DNA of 63,848 nucleotides, the filler included, from Octopus bimaculoides (Eukaryota), in assembly GCF_001194135.2 (NCBI RefSeq). It is 7 parts of 7 records of this genome, joined end to end, with 100 filler letters (N's around TTAATTAATTAA, not from the genome) between each part and the next. Parts side by side here need not be neighbours in the genome. Positions count along the whole stretch, not along the records: positions 1 to 17,135 come from NC_068985.1; 6 more parts are not named here. One strand, 5' to 3'. The notes beneath the pieces are model-generated. The model was given only the letters and a program-made list of their open reading frames with translations, had not been told where the DNA came from and did not search any database. Positions 1-11,543 of this stretch are shown in pieces. Each line of letters begins with the position of its first letter. Position 1 is the first letter of the stretch. Position numbers and translations under genes: made by a program.

Positions 1-43
<43 letters not shown>

Positions 44-773
44 CATATATATACATATATATAGAAATGGCAGCCTCTGATCAACACATTTATCTAATCT
101 CCAAGAAAATCGCCATGAAATATCTGTAAAACTGTAAATTCTATCACAAAAAACCCCCCAAAAAGTCTTGAATGTCTTCCTGAATGATAAAGAATACACT
201 TGAGGAAATATAAAGTGAAATATATTAAGCAGGAAGAATCTGTTGCGAATGTACGAAGTATAAATATTGCAAATAACAACACGTGTATTGTACGAAATTT
301 CTAAAATAACTGCAATTTTCGATAGGAAAAAAAAAAATCACTATCTGAATAACTTTTGAGTGAAAACATAAGACAAATTTAAAGAAAAACCATCTGGAAT
401 ACATAGAAGGGAAAACAGAAAAAGTAAAATCCCTTATGAATATACAAAACATAAACAATGTATCGTATTGAGCAGCACATGGTATCACCATAACTTGAAA
501 AGAAGTTCAAAATCTTACACTGCCTTGGAAATACCCATGTCTTCGGAAAAACTCGATAATTATCACTGTGTATTTTCTGTCATTTATTGAAGGCTATTAT
601 TAGGGGAAAGTAGACGGTTTTGCTTTTGACTTACGAGATAATTGATTATTGTAGGTTTAACTTTCATTACTCCTGATTTAAGAGAATTTCTGTAGTTACA
701 GATAGGTATATATTTATTTGTTCCTTTATTTATTTTTCCCTATCCAAGTCGAATCCTTTTCAAGAGTTTGCAT

Positions 774-779
<6 letters not shown>

Positions 780-812
<33 letters not shown>

Positions 813-1450
813 TCACACCGCCATTTCCCCTTTCTCTATTGCTGCCCTCTAAATATGTAGACACACTCTCTCTCTCTCTATCTCTCTCTCTCTCTCTCTC
901 TCTATCACTTTACTTCACTCCATCAGCCCATAATTCTTCTCCCAGACCCTTAATCTCTCTTCTACTGTTTTCTCTTTTTCTCTCTCTCTCTATTTCCTCT
1001 CTATAAATACATAGACACACACTCTCTCTTTCTCTTTTTCTTTACTCTTCCCCATCACACCGTCCTTCTCTCAGCCCCTCAAACTCCCTAAATATAGTAT
1101 ATATATATATATATATGTGTATGCATACATATATGTATATGTATATATATGTGTCTGTGTTTGTGTATATATGTATATATATAGACACACTCTCTCTCTC
1201 TTCTTTCTAATACACAGTCCTCTCTTCTCTCAGACACTCAACCTCTATTATAAATACATACTCCCTCTCTCTCTTTCTCTCTCTGTCTTTTCACGCCTCT
1301 TTCTCTGTCTCTTCACTTCTCTGTCACACAGTCTTTTTTCTCTCAACCTCTCAATCTTCCTAAATATATAGACAAACATTCTCTCTCTCTCCCCCTTCCT
1401 CTCTTCTCTCAGCCTTTCAATCTCTCTAAATATATAGACACACTTTCTTT
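780..1450. repeat. (CT)n-rich compound repeat with a recurring TAAATATATAGACACACT motif
   Basis: The motif recurs at about 850, 1005, 1175, 1361 and 1427 between CT tracts. Confidence 0.75.
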
Positions 1451-1532
1451 CTCTATTTCTTCACTACCCTCCATCACACTGTTAAATTTTTTTAAATAAA
1501 TAGATAAATAAATAAATAAAATATCCAGAAAA

Positions 1533-4400
1533 ATGTCCAGAAACTGGAGGAGCATGGAATTGGCATTGTTTTTGAGAGCCTGGCGCTGTGCTGAAGGAGA
1601 TAACCCAAACAATATAATCACAGCTGCACTGAAAAGCAATAGTTACACCAGAACTTAATCAAAAATAGAACGAAAGAAGCAGGAGTTTACACACTCCTAC
1701 AACCTCATACGATCCCATATCAGCACTCTTGATGCCATCTTTGATAATAAACACAGCAAAGATGACAAGAATGGAGGCATGGATGCAGATGAAAGATGTC
1801 ACCCCCACTTGGTAGACATTCAAGAAAACAAAGAAGAAGATTCAAGTGAGAAACCTGCCCGAAAAGTAAACCCAAGTGCAAGTGCTCCTACCACCATCAA
1901 AGCAAAAAACCATGGAGGTGAAAGAGCCAAGAAAGAACAACTAAAAGAAGCAAAAACTAAAACAAGAACAAAACATGAAACAGCCAAAGAAAGAAGCAAA
2001 CCTGACTACCCATATAACAAAAAGGATAAAAAGAGACAGCACACACGAATATGCAAATTCTACTTGAAAGGTGTCTGCTGGCATGGAGAGGGAGGTGCAA
2101 GCTGTCGTTTTGCACACCAACGACTCCGCCACATAAACATGAAACAGGGAAAGGACTATGCACCACCTGCCCCAAAACAGAGGTACGTAGATGTAGTGCA
2201 TGCTACAAACCAGACTTATCAACAGGTTGTTGAAAGGGCAACTGCTGAACAACAATCCTTTTTGTGTATGGCACAAAAGATTATACAGCAGCTGACCTAG
2301 CTACATTAATCTCACAGATGGGACTATCCCCAATACACAAGACCACCACAGCAAATAGACCCAAGGTGGGCACCACTGGCAACAACACACACATATCACA
2401 TTGGTGCTCTTATTGAACATCAGAGGACTGTTAACACTTAGTAACAGGACAAAAATGTGAAAGTGACATCGACGCTACTCTTAGATCACAACATGGTAGA
2501 CCTGACCATGTACGGACCAAAGGAAACCATGGACATGCAGCCTACAAGAAACTCTCAAAATCTTTCCAGCTTGAACTTCCATAAGGCAAACTGGAAACAA
2601 ATTGAAAAAGAGATCCTCAAACAAAACTGGCTTAAATGTCTCTCCTCACTGGACATCAACATGAAACTCCAACAATTCATGTCTGTAATGCAAGCCATAT
2701 GCTACAAATGTGTCCAGAGAGAAAGGCCACTGAAAACAAGAACAAAATCCCCAAGGAGAGGAAAATTCTTATGAGACGGCATACAAAAGTTTCAAATTGC
2801 CTAAACAAACAAATTGAAAGCGGTGAAATGTCCCGCATGAAAATACAACTGCTGGAGATTTAAAAAAATCTGCAACTCTCCCATGAAAAAGAAAGAGCAG
2901 ACAAAGAAGACTGGGCTATAGACAATATAAAATCTAACCTCAGAGCTTTCTACAAGATTGCCAAAGAAACAGCTTCAGTGCACTGCAGGATAGGGCCACT
3001 CCTCGAAAAAGATGGTACACTCACAGGAAACCCAATGAGGATAAGTGAAATACTAAATGAGCAATTCAAAAGTATTTTCACTCCACCCCTAGAACACTTG
3101 CAAGTCAGCAATCCAACCGACTTTTTTTACCACAGTAGATATAAAAACAGAAGCAGTGATGATCAATTACATTAATATAAAGGAAGACGATGTAATAAGT
3201 GCTATAGATGAAATGAACCCAAACTCAGCTACTGGCCCTGATGGATTCCCAGCAATCCTTCTAAAAGTATGTAAGCGAGTCCTAGCAAGACCACTGCAGT
3301 CCCTCTTTCAGAGCTTCCTTGCAACTGGCAAACTTCCAAGAAACTGAAGGAGGGTAAAATATGCCCTATTCATAAAGGAGGTAGCAGAGCGGAGCCCAAG
3401 AACTACAGACCTATCTCTCTGACCTCGCACATCAGCAAGGTCATGGAATGAATAGTCAGAAGACAACTAATCGCCTTCCTTGAAGAAAATGACTTGCTGC
3501 CTGACACCCAACATGGTTTCCGACCAGGAAGAAGCTGCCTGACTCAGCTCTTACAACACTATGGCTGGGTGCTAAAACAGCTGCTCAACCACTCAAATGT
3601 GGAAGTGATATATCTCAACTTTGCAAAGGCCTTTGATAAAGTCGATCATGGAATGATATGTCACAAACTGCATGATCTCGGCATAGTTGGAAAATTGAGA
3701 GAATGGTTCCATGACTTTCTGAAGGATAGAAGTCAGGTTGTAGTAGCCAATGGGGCCACCTCCAATGACACGCAAATAGTGGCACTGCTTTGGGACCACT
3801 ACTGTTCATAATGGCCCTCTCAGACATGCCCTCAGCCACACAGAGAGCCACGATCACAAGTTATGCAGATGATACAAAAGTCTCACAGGTAATACAGAAC
3901 CCTGAAGACACTATGCACCTGCAATGTGAGCTGGATGAAATATACAAGTGGGCTGAAAAGAATAGCATGTAGTTTAATGCTGAAAAGTTGCAAGCCTTGT
4001 GCTATCAGCATGCAAAACTAAATGCAATACACATTAAATACATTGGACCTGGAGGGATTGCAATCCCAGAGGCACAGTCAGTGCGAGACCTTGGTATTTA
4101 CATGAGTAATGATGCATCCTTTTATGTGCATGTTGCTTGTCCCAAACTCTGGCATCGAGAGTTACACAAATACTAGAACTGAGCGCCACTGCATAGTGCC
4201 AAGGACTTCAAATTTGCCATCTAGATGTAGGACAAGATACTGCAATAGCCTGGGCTTCAGAGGTCCACAGTTCTTCAATATCCTCCCGAAGGACCCGAGA
4301 GACCTGCATGAGGTAAATGTAGGTGTCTTCAAAATAAAGCTGGACCTCATACTGTCAAATGTCCTAGATGAGCCAACTTTCCGACAGGAGGTGCCGCAAT
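1533..4400 (+). mobile_element. Decayed CR1-like non-LTR retrotransposon (ORF1 with CCCH zinc finger; ORF2 with deleted APE and frameshifted RT)
   Basis: ORF1 frame 1533-2300 has one in-frame stop and CKFYLKGVCWHGEGGASCRFAH. APE ends LLNIRGL (about 2407) and LDHN (about 2478) are present. RT motifs include GPDGFP, KGGSRAEPKNYRPISLTS, QHGFRPGRSCLTQLL, YLNFAKAFDKVDH, LGPLLF and YADD (3862-3873). Confidence 0.9.
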
Positions 4401-4918
4401 TAATTATTCATCTCATCATGTGCATTTTTTATCAAAATAACATCACAGTGAATATAATGATCAGAGTGAATAAATATAAAATATGTATACATAAATAAGA
4501 AATCATTTGATCTAGAATCAACCTCTAAAAAGAGTTTGCTAAATGTTTTTTATTCATTCCCTCGTTTCTACCAGTGCTAAAGGAGTGCATGATGTGGTTT
4601 TAGTCATTTTGTTGTCTATTTCGAGCATGTAGGTGCTGTTTCTCAGTACCCTAACTTATAATTATATCTATATAATTATATATATATATATACACACAAC
4701 ACACAGATATTACATAGAATATCTAACCATATCATATACATGATATGGATAGATGGACAAACAGATATTTGAAGAAAGATGTCCTTTAAATTTATCTACT
4801 TTTTTTTTAAAGATCTTAGAAAAACAAAATGACACAAAAGTTTTAGAATGAAAATTTTATATTGTGTGCTCTGATTGTGTGATTTTCCCAATACATATAT
4901 TAAGGAGTGATCCATATA

Positions 4919-5941
4919 TCAGGTTGAGTAAAAACTAAGCAACATTTTGAACCATAAAGAATTTGTACCAGATTTTTGCAGAGTTTTGAATTTTTTAAAA
5001 CATTTTTTTTTGCAATTGTCTGGTAATACAGACATAAACTTGCCCAAATGCATCAAGAAGTAAACATTGATTTTTTTTCACCATTGTTACAATTATCTGA
5101 AATGGAACTGTCAAAGTGCGATATTTGGACAAAAAACCACTCAAGAACTGGCAAAAGAACTTCAAGTTAGCCAGAAAACTACCTGCAACCAGTTGCATGC
5201 AATTGGAAAATCAAAAAAAAAACTCGACAAATGGGCACTACACAATTTGAATGAAAATCAGAAAATGTGCAGATATGAAATTTGCTCATTGCTTTTTCTC
5301 CATAACCAGACCGATCCATTTCTCAACCATATTGTAACCTGCGATGGAAAGTGGATTCCGTACAATAAAAAACATTCTTTGCAGTACTTGGACCAAAATG
5401 AAGCACCAAAAACCTTCCCTAAACCCGAGAAGGTTATGGTGACTGTTTGGTGATGTACTGCTGGACTCATCCACTATAACTTCTTAAAACCTGGAAAAAC
5501 CATTATTGCAGAAACATATTGCCATAAAATTGCCAAAATGAAAGAAAAACTGCTACTCCTCCATCCCAGACTGGTCAACAAAAAAGGGCCAATCATTCTT
5601 CATGATAATGCTCCACCACACATTTCACTAATGATGCTCCAAAAGTTGAGGAAACTTGGCTACAAAATCCTTCCCCATCTAGCTTATTCCCCAGACCTTT
5701 CTCCCACTGACTAACACTTTTTCAAGCACCTTGATGATTTCCTGCAAGAGAAGGAGTTCAAAAATGAAACTGATGCTGAAAGTGCATTCAAAGTGTACAT
5801 TAGCTCTAGAACTCCAGATTTTTATATTACTAGAATAAACAAACTTGTAACTCAGCAAAAATGTGTTGATTTCCGCATTGTTAAAATATATTGTGATGAA
5901 TTTCATGTTTCAAAACGTTGCTTACTTTGTACTCAGCCTGA
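4919..5941 (+). mobile_element. Mariner (D,D34D-type) DNA transposon, internally deleted and inactive
   Basis: 40-bp terminal inverted repeats (4919-4958 and 5902-5941, 34/40 identical by eye) flanked by TA. Transposase remnants IVTCDGKW, KVMVTVW, LHDNAPPH and YSPDLSPTD* are present with stops and frameshifts. Confidence 0.93.
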
Positions 5942-6169
5942 TAGATGAATTGGTCTTAAGTAGTGACTATTTCTGGTTTAGTTTCAGATTTAGAATTTTT
6001 TATACAGTATTCTTTTTTTAGCTTTCATAGTTATCATTTTCTTTTATTTTGAAAAAAGGAAATATTTTAATATATTTCAGGATGCTCATCTTTTACTTTT
6101 CTCTTTTTGTCAAATAAACACACACACACACACACTCACACACACACACACACTATATAATCATTCTTC

Positions 6170-7075
6170 ACTTGAGATTTATTATTATTCTTATTTTATG
6201 TCCTTTGACTGGAAATATTTTGTCATACATCCTGTGACTTCTTCAGCAACTCGCTATCCCATGTACAGGAAACACTTCTAAGAGATGCATTCTTAATTTG
6301 TTGTTTATGCACTTTTACACGGTGAATTAATTTTGATCCTGTTTGGCCAATGTAATTACCATTGCATTGTGGGCAAGTACTACAACAGATGAAATTCTTT
6401 GTTTTGCAGTTCAAGTTTGCATTAACTTTCAACTCCTTGTCATTCTTGAATCATCTGGTTGTTACCTGCTCAATCATTTCACACATCCTACAGCTTCTCC
6501 ACAGTTTGTTACCTGCCTTATTCCTTCTACTGATATGAATTTCACCTTTGATAGGAGTCTTGGAGATTTGGTGGTTGTCTTCAGTTCTTGATGTGTTGTC
6601 ATTCTTTAATTATGTTTTGGAAATTTGATGACTGATGTTGAGTTGGAATGTATTTTTTAGCTGAATGTAAGATTTATGGGAATTTTTTAAAATTATTATT
6701 ATGGTTGTCTACAAATAGGATATTTATAGTTGTGTTTCTCTTTTCACCCTCATTGTGGGAGTTTCTCCATAAGACAAACTGAAATTTCTTCTACTTTGGT
6801 CATGGCAGGATTTACTAAATTTTGTGTGTATTTTTTGTTTCTGAAGGAGCATATTTAGTTCTACCAATTATTTCTCTCATCTATTTATGTCTGACTATTG
6901 TGCATATAATTCTTGCCTTATTGAACAGGATGCTTCTTTTAGTGCAGGATGCATGGTAAGATCTAAAATCTAAATATTGGTGTCTGCCTGTATCTTTGAA
7001 GCAGAGATCAGCTGTAACTGTCTCATTCTCTTTAATTATCAGGATGTTCCATGAGGGATAACTTTAGAGGTATAC
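6170..7075 (-). mobile_element. Penelope-like retroelement fragment (RT thumb region plus GIY-YIG endonuclease)
   Basis: Minus strand translates to ILIIKENETVTADLCFKDTGRHQYLDFRSYHASCTKRSILFNKARIICTIV (about 7050-6890) and CKTKNFICCSTCPQCNGNYIGQTGSKLIHRVKVHKQQI (6223-6432). Confidence 0.85.
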
Positions 7076-7508
7076 TTTTGCCACTATAGGTAATATCAGG
7101 AAATATGGTATACATACATTAATTATAATTTAACTTTTACCAAATTCCTTGGTGCTTATAACAAAAACACAAAATAAATACTAAGTTTCAGAAAACAATA
7201 CTTATTACCTTTAAATAGAATTACATAAAACAGATTTTTCATTTGTATATTTGCATGAATATATATCATTATTTTTCTAAATTTTATCAATGTATTTGTG
7301 ATCTACTCCATCAAAAACCTATCCTATGCATATTTTTAACTTACTCTGTATCTTTTACTTTTTCTACCCCTCTTAGAATGTGATGTAAAGAGTGACTGGA
7401 AACATCAACCAACTAACCAATCAACATTTATATAGGCCATTATTAGAGATGCATAAACACACATACAAACATAAAATATATGTATGCATCTGTGTGTGTG
7501 TGTGTAAG

Positions 7509-7910
7509 GTGCAGATGTGGCTTTGTGGAAAGAAGTTCACTTCCCAACCACATGGTTCTGGGCTCAATCCCACTGCATGACACCTTAGGGCAAGTGTCTT
7601 CTATTATAGCCTTGGGTTGACCAAAGCCTTGTGAGTGGTTTTGGAAGATGTAAATTGTATGCAAGCCAGTCATATATGTGTGTCTGTGTTATTGTCCCCT
7701 TGCCTTAACATTGTGCAATACTTGTAAATCAATGTCACAATCTCCTTTGTTCTAAATCTTCCGTGAAAAAATGTCTGGTCATAAGGAAGTATTATCATAC
7801 TTGTATATAGGTTGGCAATGGAAGGGTATCTAGCTGTAGAAAATCTGCCTCAACAGAATTCCATCTGATGCATGCAAGTATGAAGAAGCAGACATAAAAA
7901 TGATGATGAT
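7509..7910 (+). mobile_element. SINE with family-A head and RTE-like tail type 2
   Basis: Family-A head at 7509-7680. The tail ends GGTTGGC...GAAGGGTATCTAGCTGTAGAAAATCTGCC...ATGATGATGAT. Confidence 0.75.
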
Positions 7911-8329
7911 ATAAACGGCTATGTAAATCTGCTTCTTTACCTGCCCCTACAAACTCTTTGCAAAGTTCATCCTCAACTTAAACTAGAATTATGTCTCCAT
8001 GTGCATTTGTGTGTGTGTGTGAGAGAGAGACAGACAGACAGAGAAGATTTCATGTATGTGAGAATGTACATGCATTTGTTAGATGTCCATTGATAACATA
8101 ACTTTTATCATCTTCACTACCACCACTACCACAGCTTGTCAATTTCAATGTTTCTCTTTAACTTATGTTAACTCTCTTTGTATCTCCCTTTTACTCTCTC
8201 TCGCTCCCCCTATCTCCGTATACAATGTAAAGTATAACTGAAAAAAAAATCAATCAACCAACCAACTAACATTTTTATCAGCTGTTATTAGCATTCCTCT
8301 AAATGTTGCTCTCTCTGCAACCCTCTGAA

Positions 8330-8900
8330 CCCATTCACCTCTGAACCCATTCACCTCTGAACACTTGTTCAATTATATCTTAAACTGCTTTGAGAACATC
8401 TCAATGCACATGTGCCTGAAATTATTATTGTTGGTGACTTTAATATACACAACTCCTCTTAACCAAGCTGATAAAGGAGCCTTTACACATTAGCACAACT
8501 TGAGTCGTGCTTTGATGGAGTTCATCTTATCTCATTACTTTAGCCAACACTAAAATCTGCAGATATACAGATGCAGGTTAGACAGTGGAGGAGAGTGTAC
8601 ACATGTCTACACTGTTACACAGTTACCCATTGTATTTTGAAGTGTGCAGCAAGGTAGAAGCAAAACGTCTGAAACAATAGATCTCTGAGTCATGCACAGT
8701 CCTTCAACTAACTATCAATGTCATATATCTGATCAATCAAAGATTACTAAATCTACACAATAAATTGTCTCAATTACTCCTCCTTCCAACACAACTGGCA
8801 ATTGCTAAATTTTCTGTTGCTTGGACTAACAACACCAATTACAGTATATTCACCTAAATGTATCTCTGCTCAAGACATTAATATTCTAATCATTCTTGAT
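8330..8900 (+). mobile_element. Very old LINE endonuclease fragment
   Basis: EIIIVGDFNIH, an APE GDFN motif, at about 8417-8450. The flanks are heavily decayed. Confidence 0.45.
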
Positions 8901-9060
8901 CCCTTTCTCAACTAAGAGACCTGTAATAGCTCTCTCCCATTCTTCCTTTTCTTTCATTCATGAAAATGATATCTGAAGTCAATTTTCCCCTATGAAATGT
9001 TTTGTTTAAAATATAAACAACAGTACAATATTTAATGAAAACCAATAAACTAATACCATC

Positions 9061-9083
9061 TTTTTTTCTTGTGATATTTTCAG
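9061..9083 (+). promoter_or_regulatory. 3' splice acceptor ahead of the NKY coding exon (alternative CAG at 9091-9093)
   Basis: TTTTTTTCTTGTGATATTTTCAG ends 18 nt before the ATG, which implies an upstream non-coding exon. Confidence 0.65.
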
Positions 9084-9101
9084 TTCTTATCAGAATACAA
9101 C

Positions 9102-9440
9102 ATGAAGCAGTATTTCAGCAGCCAGTTAATAATTTTCGTCTTCTGTTGTATTGGAGTGATACTGTCTGGAGAAATTTGGGAAGGGAATCATGAAAATTCT
9201 GACAAGAACTTACTATCATTGATCACCAGAGCAGCAGTAGCATCACGAGACAATGCACTTATGGCACCACCAAGTGGATATCAAGGTCGAATGCCAGCAT
9301 ACTATATACGAACCCAGAGAGGACTCAAAAGAGAACCAAATTGGATATGGATGCCATCCCATGGTTATGTTCCTGTCCCAGAGACTTCCAATGCTAGAAG
9401 TTCTGATAATCGTGGAAGTACAATTCTGAGATATGGTTAA
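9102..9440 (+). CDS. NKY: Neuropeptide precursor, NKY (NKY-2-like) family: signal peptide about aa 1-23; mature peptide EPNWIWMPSHGYVPVPETSNARSSDNRGSTILRY-amide (aa 78-111, nt 9333-9434)
   Basis: Intact 112-aa ORF with A at -3 (AAC ATG). It has a hydrophobic N-terminus (LIIFVFCCIGVILS), a dibasic KR at aa 76-77 and a C-terminal RY-G-stop amidation signal. The WIWMPxxGYVxVP...I(L/M)RYG pattern matches annelid/mollusc NKY-2 peptides as I recall them; no database search was run. A pyrimidine tract plus CAG acceptor lies at 9061-9083 and AATAAA at 9552-9557. Confidence 0.88.
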   Translation: MKQYFSSQLIIFVFCCIGVILSGEIWEGNHENSDKNLLSLITRAAVASRDNALMAPPSGYQGRMPAYYIRTQRGLKREPNWIWMPSHGYVPVPETSNARSSDNRGSTILRYG

Positions 9441-9551
9441 ATATGAAATCATCTTCGAATAACACGAACCTTTAAGTAACTGCCAACAATGGATAACTCT
9501 GTATTTCTCTTGTTTCTTACAATGACACATACTTTTTGGATTTAACACAGA

Positions 9552-9557
9552 AATAAA
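9552..9557 (+). terminator. Candidate polyadenylation signal of the NKY transcript
   Basis: AATAAA lies about 110 nt after the stop codon and is followed by T/GT-rich sequence. The region is AT-rich, so a chance match is possible. Confidence 0.45.
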
Positions 9558-9855
9558 TTTACAATATCTTTAAAGCAATTTGTTTGATTCTTATTATGGG
9601 TGTATAGTGATGTTCTTAGTTTTATATTAGTATCATTATTAAATGTAATAGAAACAATTTAAAGCAAATACACATGGTAATAAAACTTATTTCTTCAACA
9701 AAAGCTGGAAAATATGATCACATCAAAGATAGTATAATAAAACTTCATAGAGAAAGTAATAATTTTGTATTTTTGTCCAATGTAAGAATCCTTATATATG
9801 TTACATATATATATATACAATGTAAGTATCCTTATATATGTTACATATATATATA

Positions 9856-10020
9856 AGTCCACTCTGCTGAGTGATTGGTGTTAAGAAGGGCATCCAGCTG
9901 TAAAAATCCTGCCAAAACAGTCAAAGAAGTCTGGTGCAGGTTTTGGCTTGGCCAGCTCTTGTGATACCATCCCACCCATGCTAGCATGGAACATGGACAT
10001 TAACTGATGATGATGATGAT
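9856..10020 (+). mobile_element. RTE LINE 3' end fragment with (GAT)n tail
   Basis: Reverse-complement match to the RTE 3' ends at 13155-13310 and 16851-17000 (GAAGGGCATCCAGCTGT...CCCATGCTAGCATGG...GATGATGAT). Confidence 0.75.
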
Positions 10021-10240
10021 ATATAATTAGATAAAGATGGTTATGGGTGGTCTATGGGGTTACCCTGAATGTCATTTCCATAAAGTGCTTAGCTTTACAG
10101 CATCTTTTCAGACCCTAATGGCCAGTGGCCTATAACCCATAGACCAACCATAACTATCTTTATCTAATTACTCTACTGCTCTATAACTTAGAGTGTGCTT
10201 CTCTTTTGAATTTGTGACTTACTGAGGATATATATATATA

Positions 10241-10569
10241 TGAACAAGAACTTTGCAGCTGTTGAACGACTTTCATGTGGTGTAGTTAGAAAGATACTTT
10301 AGAGGTTATTGGAAAAGTAACTGAACTTATGAAACAATAAATAACTTCTAAGTTAGGTGCCTTAATCAAGTATCTAACTTAGAATTTATCAGGCTTTAGT
10401 ACATAAGATTGCAAAGTGTCTGGATAATAGTATGCACAGAATTTTAAAACAAAAGACTTTTCTCACAAAATAATGGAAACTGAGTTCAGTTACTTTTCAA
10501 ATAATCTCTAAAGTATATTTCTAACTACACCATGTGGAAGTCATTCAACAGCTGCAAATTTCTTGTTCA
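10241..10569. mobile_element. MITE with about 88-bp terminal inverted repeats, inserted in (TA)n
   Basis: 10241-10328 (TGAACAAGAACTTTGCAGCTGTTGAA...) is the reverse complement of 10482-10569 with scattered mismatches. TA runs flank both sides. Confidence 0.85.
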
Positions 10570-11259
10570 TATATATATATATATTGTCAGTAAGTCACAA
10601 ATCCAAAGGAGAAGCACATTCTAAGTTCATATGATGTAAAATAAGTATGATTCATACTTTGTGCAAATTGAATTTCAAGACTAAACTTTATTTTGAGAAT
10701 GGCTAAGAATTATACAGAGCATCAGATATTTTGTTCAAAGAGAAAATTCACAGAATGAGGTAAAAACTGATGACAAAATATGTGTAGTGACAGAAACTTA
10801 ATTATTTTGAAATCTGACAAAAACTGAGGTAAAATGTAAGGGTAACTGAAATTAATAAAAATAGACATTAAGAGATTTGATGAGGAAGTCTAGTCTTGTT
10901 AAAGACATAGTATCTCAACAAAAGTGGCTACGAAAGAAAAAACAAAGACAATGTGTAATAGTATTTTAAGTAAAGTAAATAGTATGTGATATGTGAGTAA
11001 AGTTGAGAAAGTCTAATTTCTCTTGAATTAAAGATGAGTAAAAGTTAAAGTTAACTCATTTGATAATTAAAATTTGAAATCAAAGGATAATTTATATTTT
11101 AATTATAAGATAAATCTTAGATTTCATCCAATGTACTTTATTTGTTATATTTGAAATAATTTTTCATTTGTTTTGCTAACCAACACAGAAACCAGCTATT
11201 GATAGATAGTAAGTAGAAGCTAAAGACATGGAAAGTAGTTATTATTAAGTATCAGGCTA

Positions 11260-11455
11260 AGGCGGTGAGCTGGCAGAATTGTTAGCATGCTGGGCAAAAT
11301 ACTTAGTGACATTCTGCCCCTCTTACATTTTGAGCCAAAGTCGACCTTTCATTCTTTCGAGGTTGATAAAATTGAACACTGTTGAACACTGGAGTCGATG
11401 TAATCGACTCATCCCCTCTCCCAAAATTGTTGCCCTTGTGGCAAAATTTGAAACC
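11260..11455 (+). mobile_element. tRNA-derived SINE, family B
   Basis: Head AAGGCGGTGAGCTGGCAGAA. A 19-bp target-site duplication ATTATTAAGTATCAGGCTA lies at 11241-11259 and 11456-11474. Homologues occur at 25532, 51135, 60075 and 61343. Confidence 0.85.
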
Positions 11456-11543
11456 ATTATTAAGTATCAGGCTATCAAAGTGATTTATTAAGTATTAGGC
11501 TTATCTGAGTGGCTTATGATCCAAAATATTTTAGCTACAACCA

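Noticed and set aside
94-530. Short minus-strand ORFs at the window start
   Set aside because: All plus-strand frames contain stops, and I could identify no motif on either strand.
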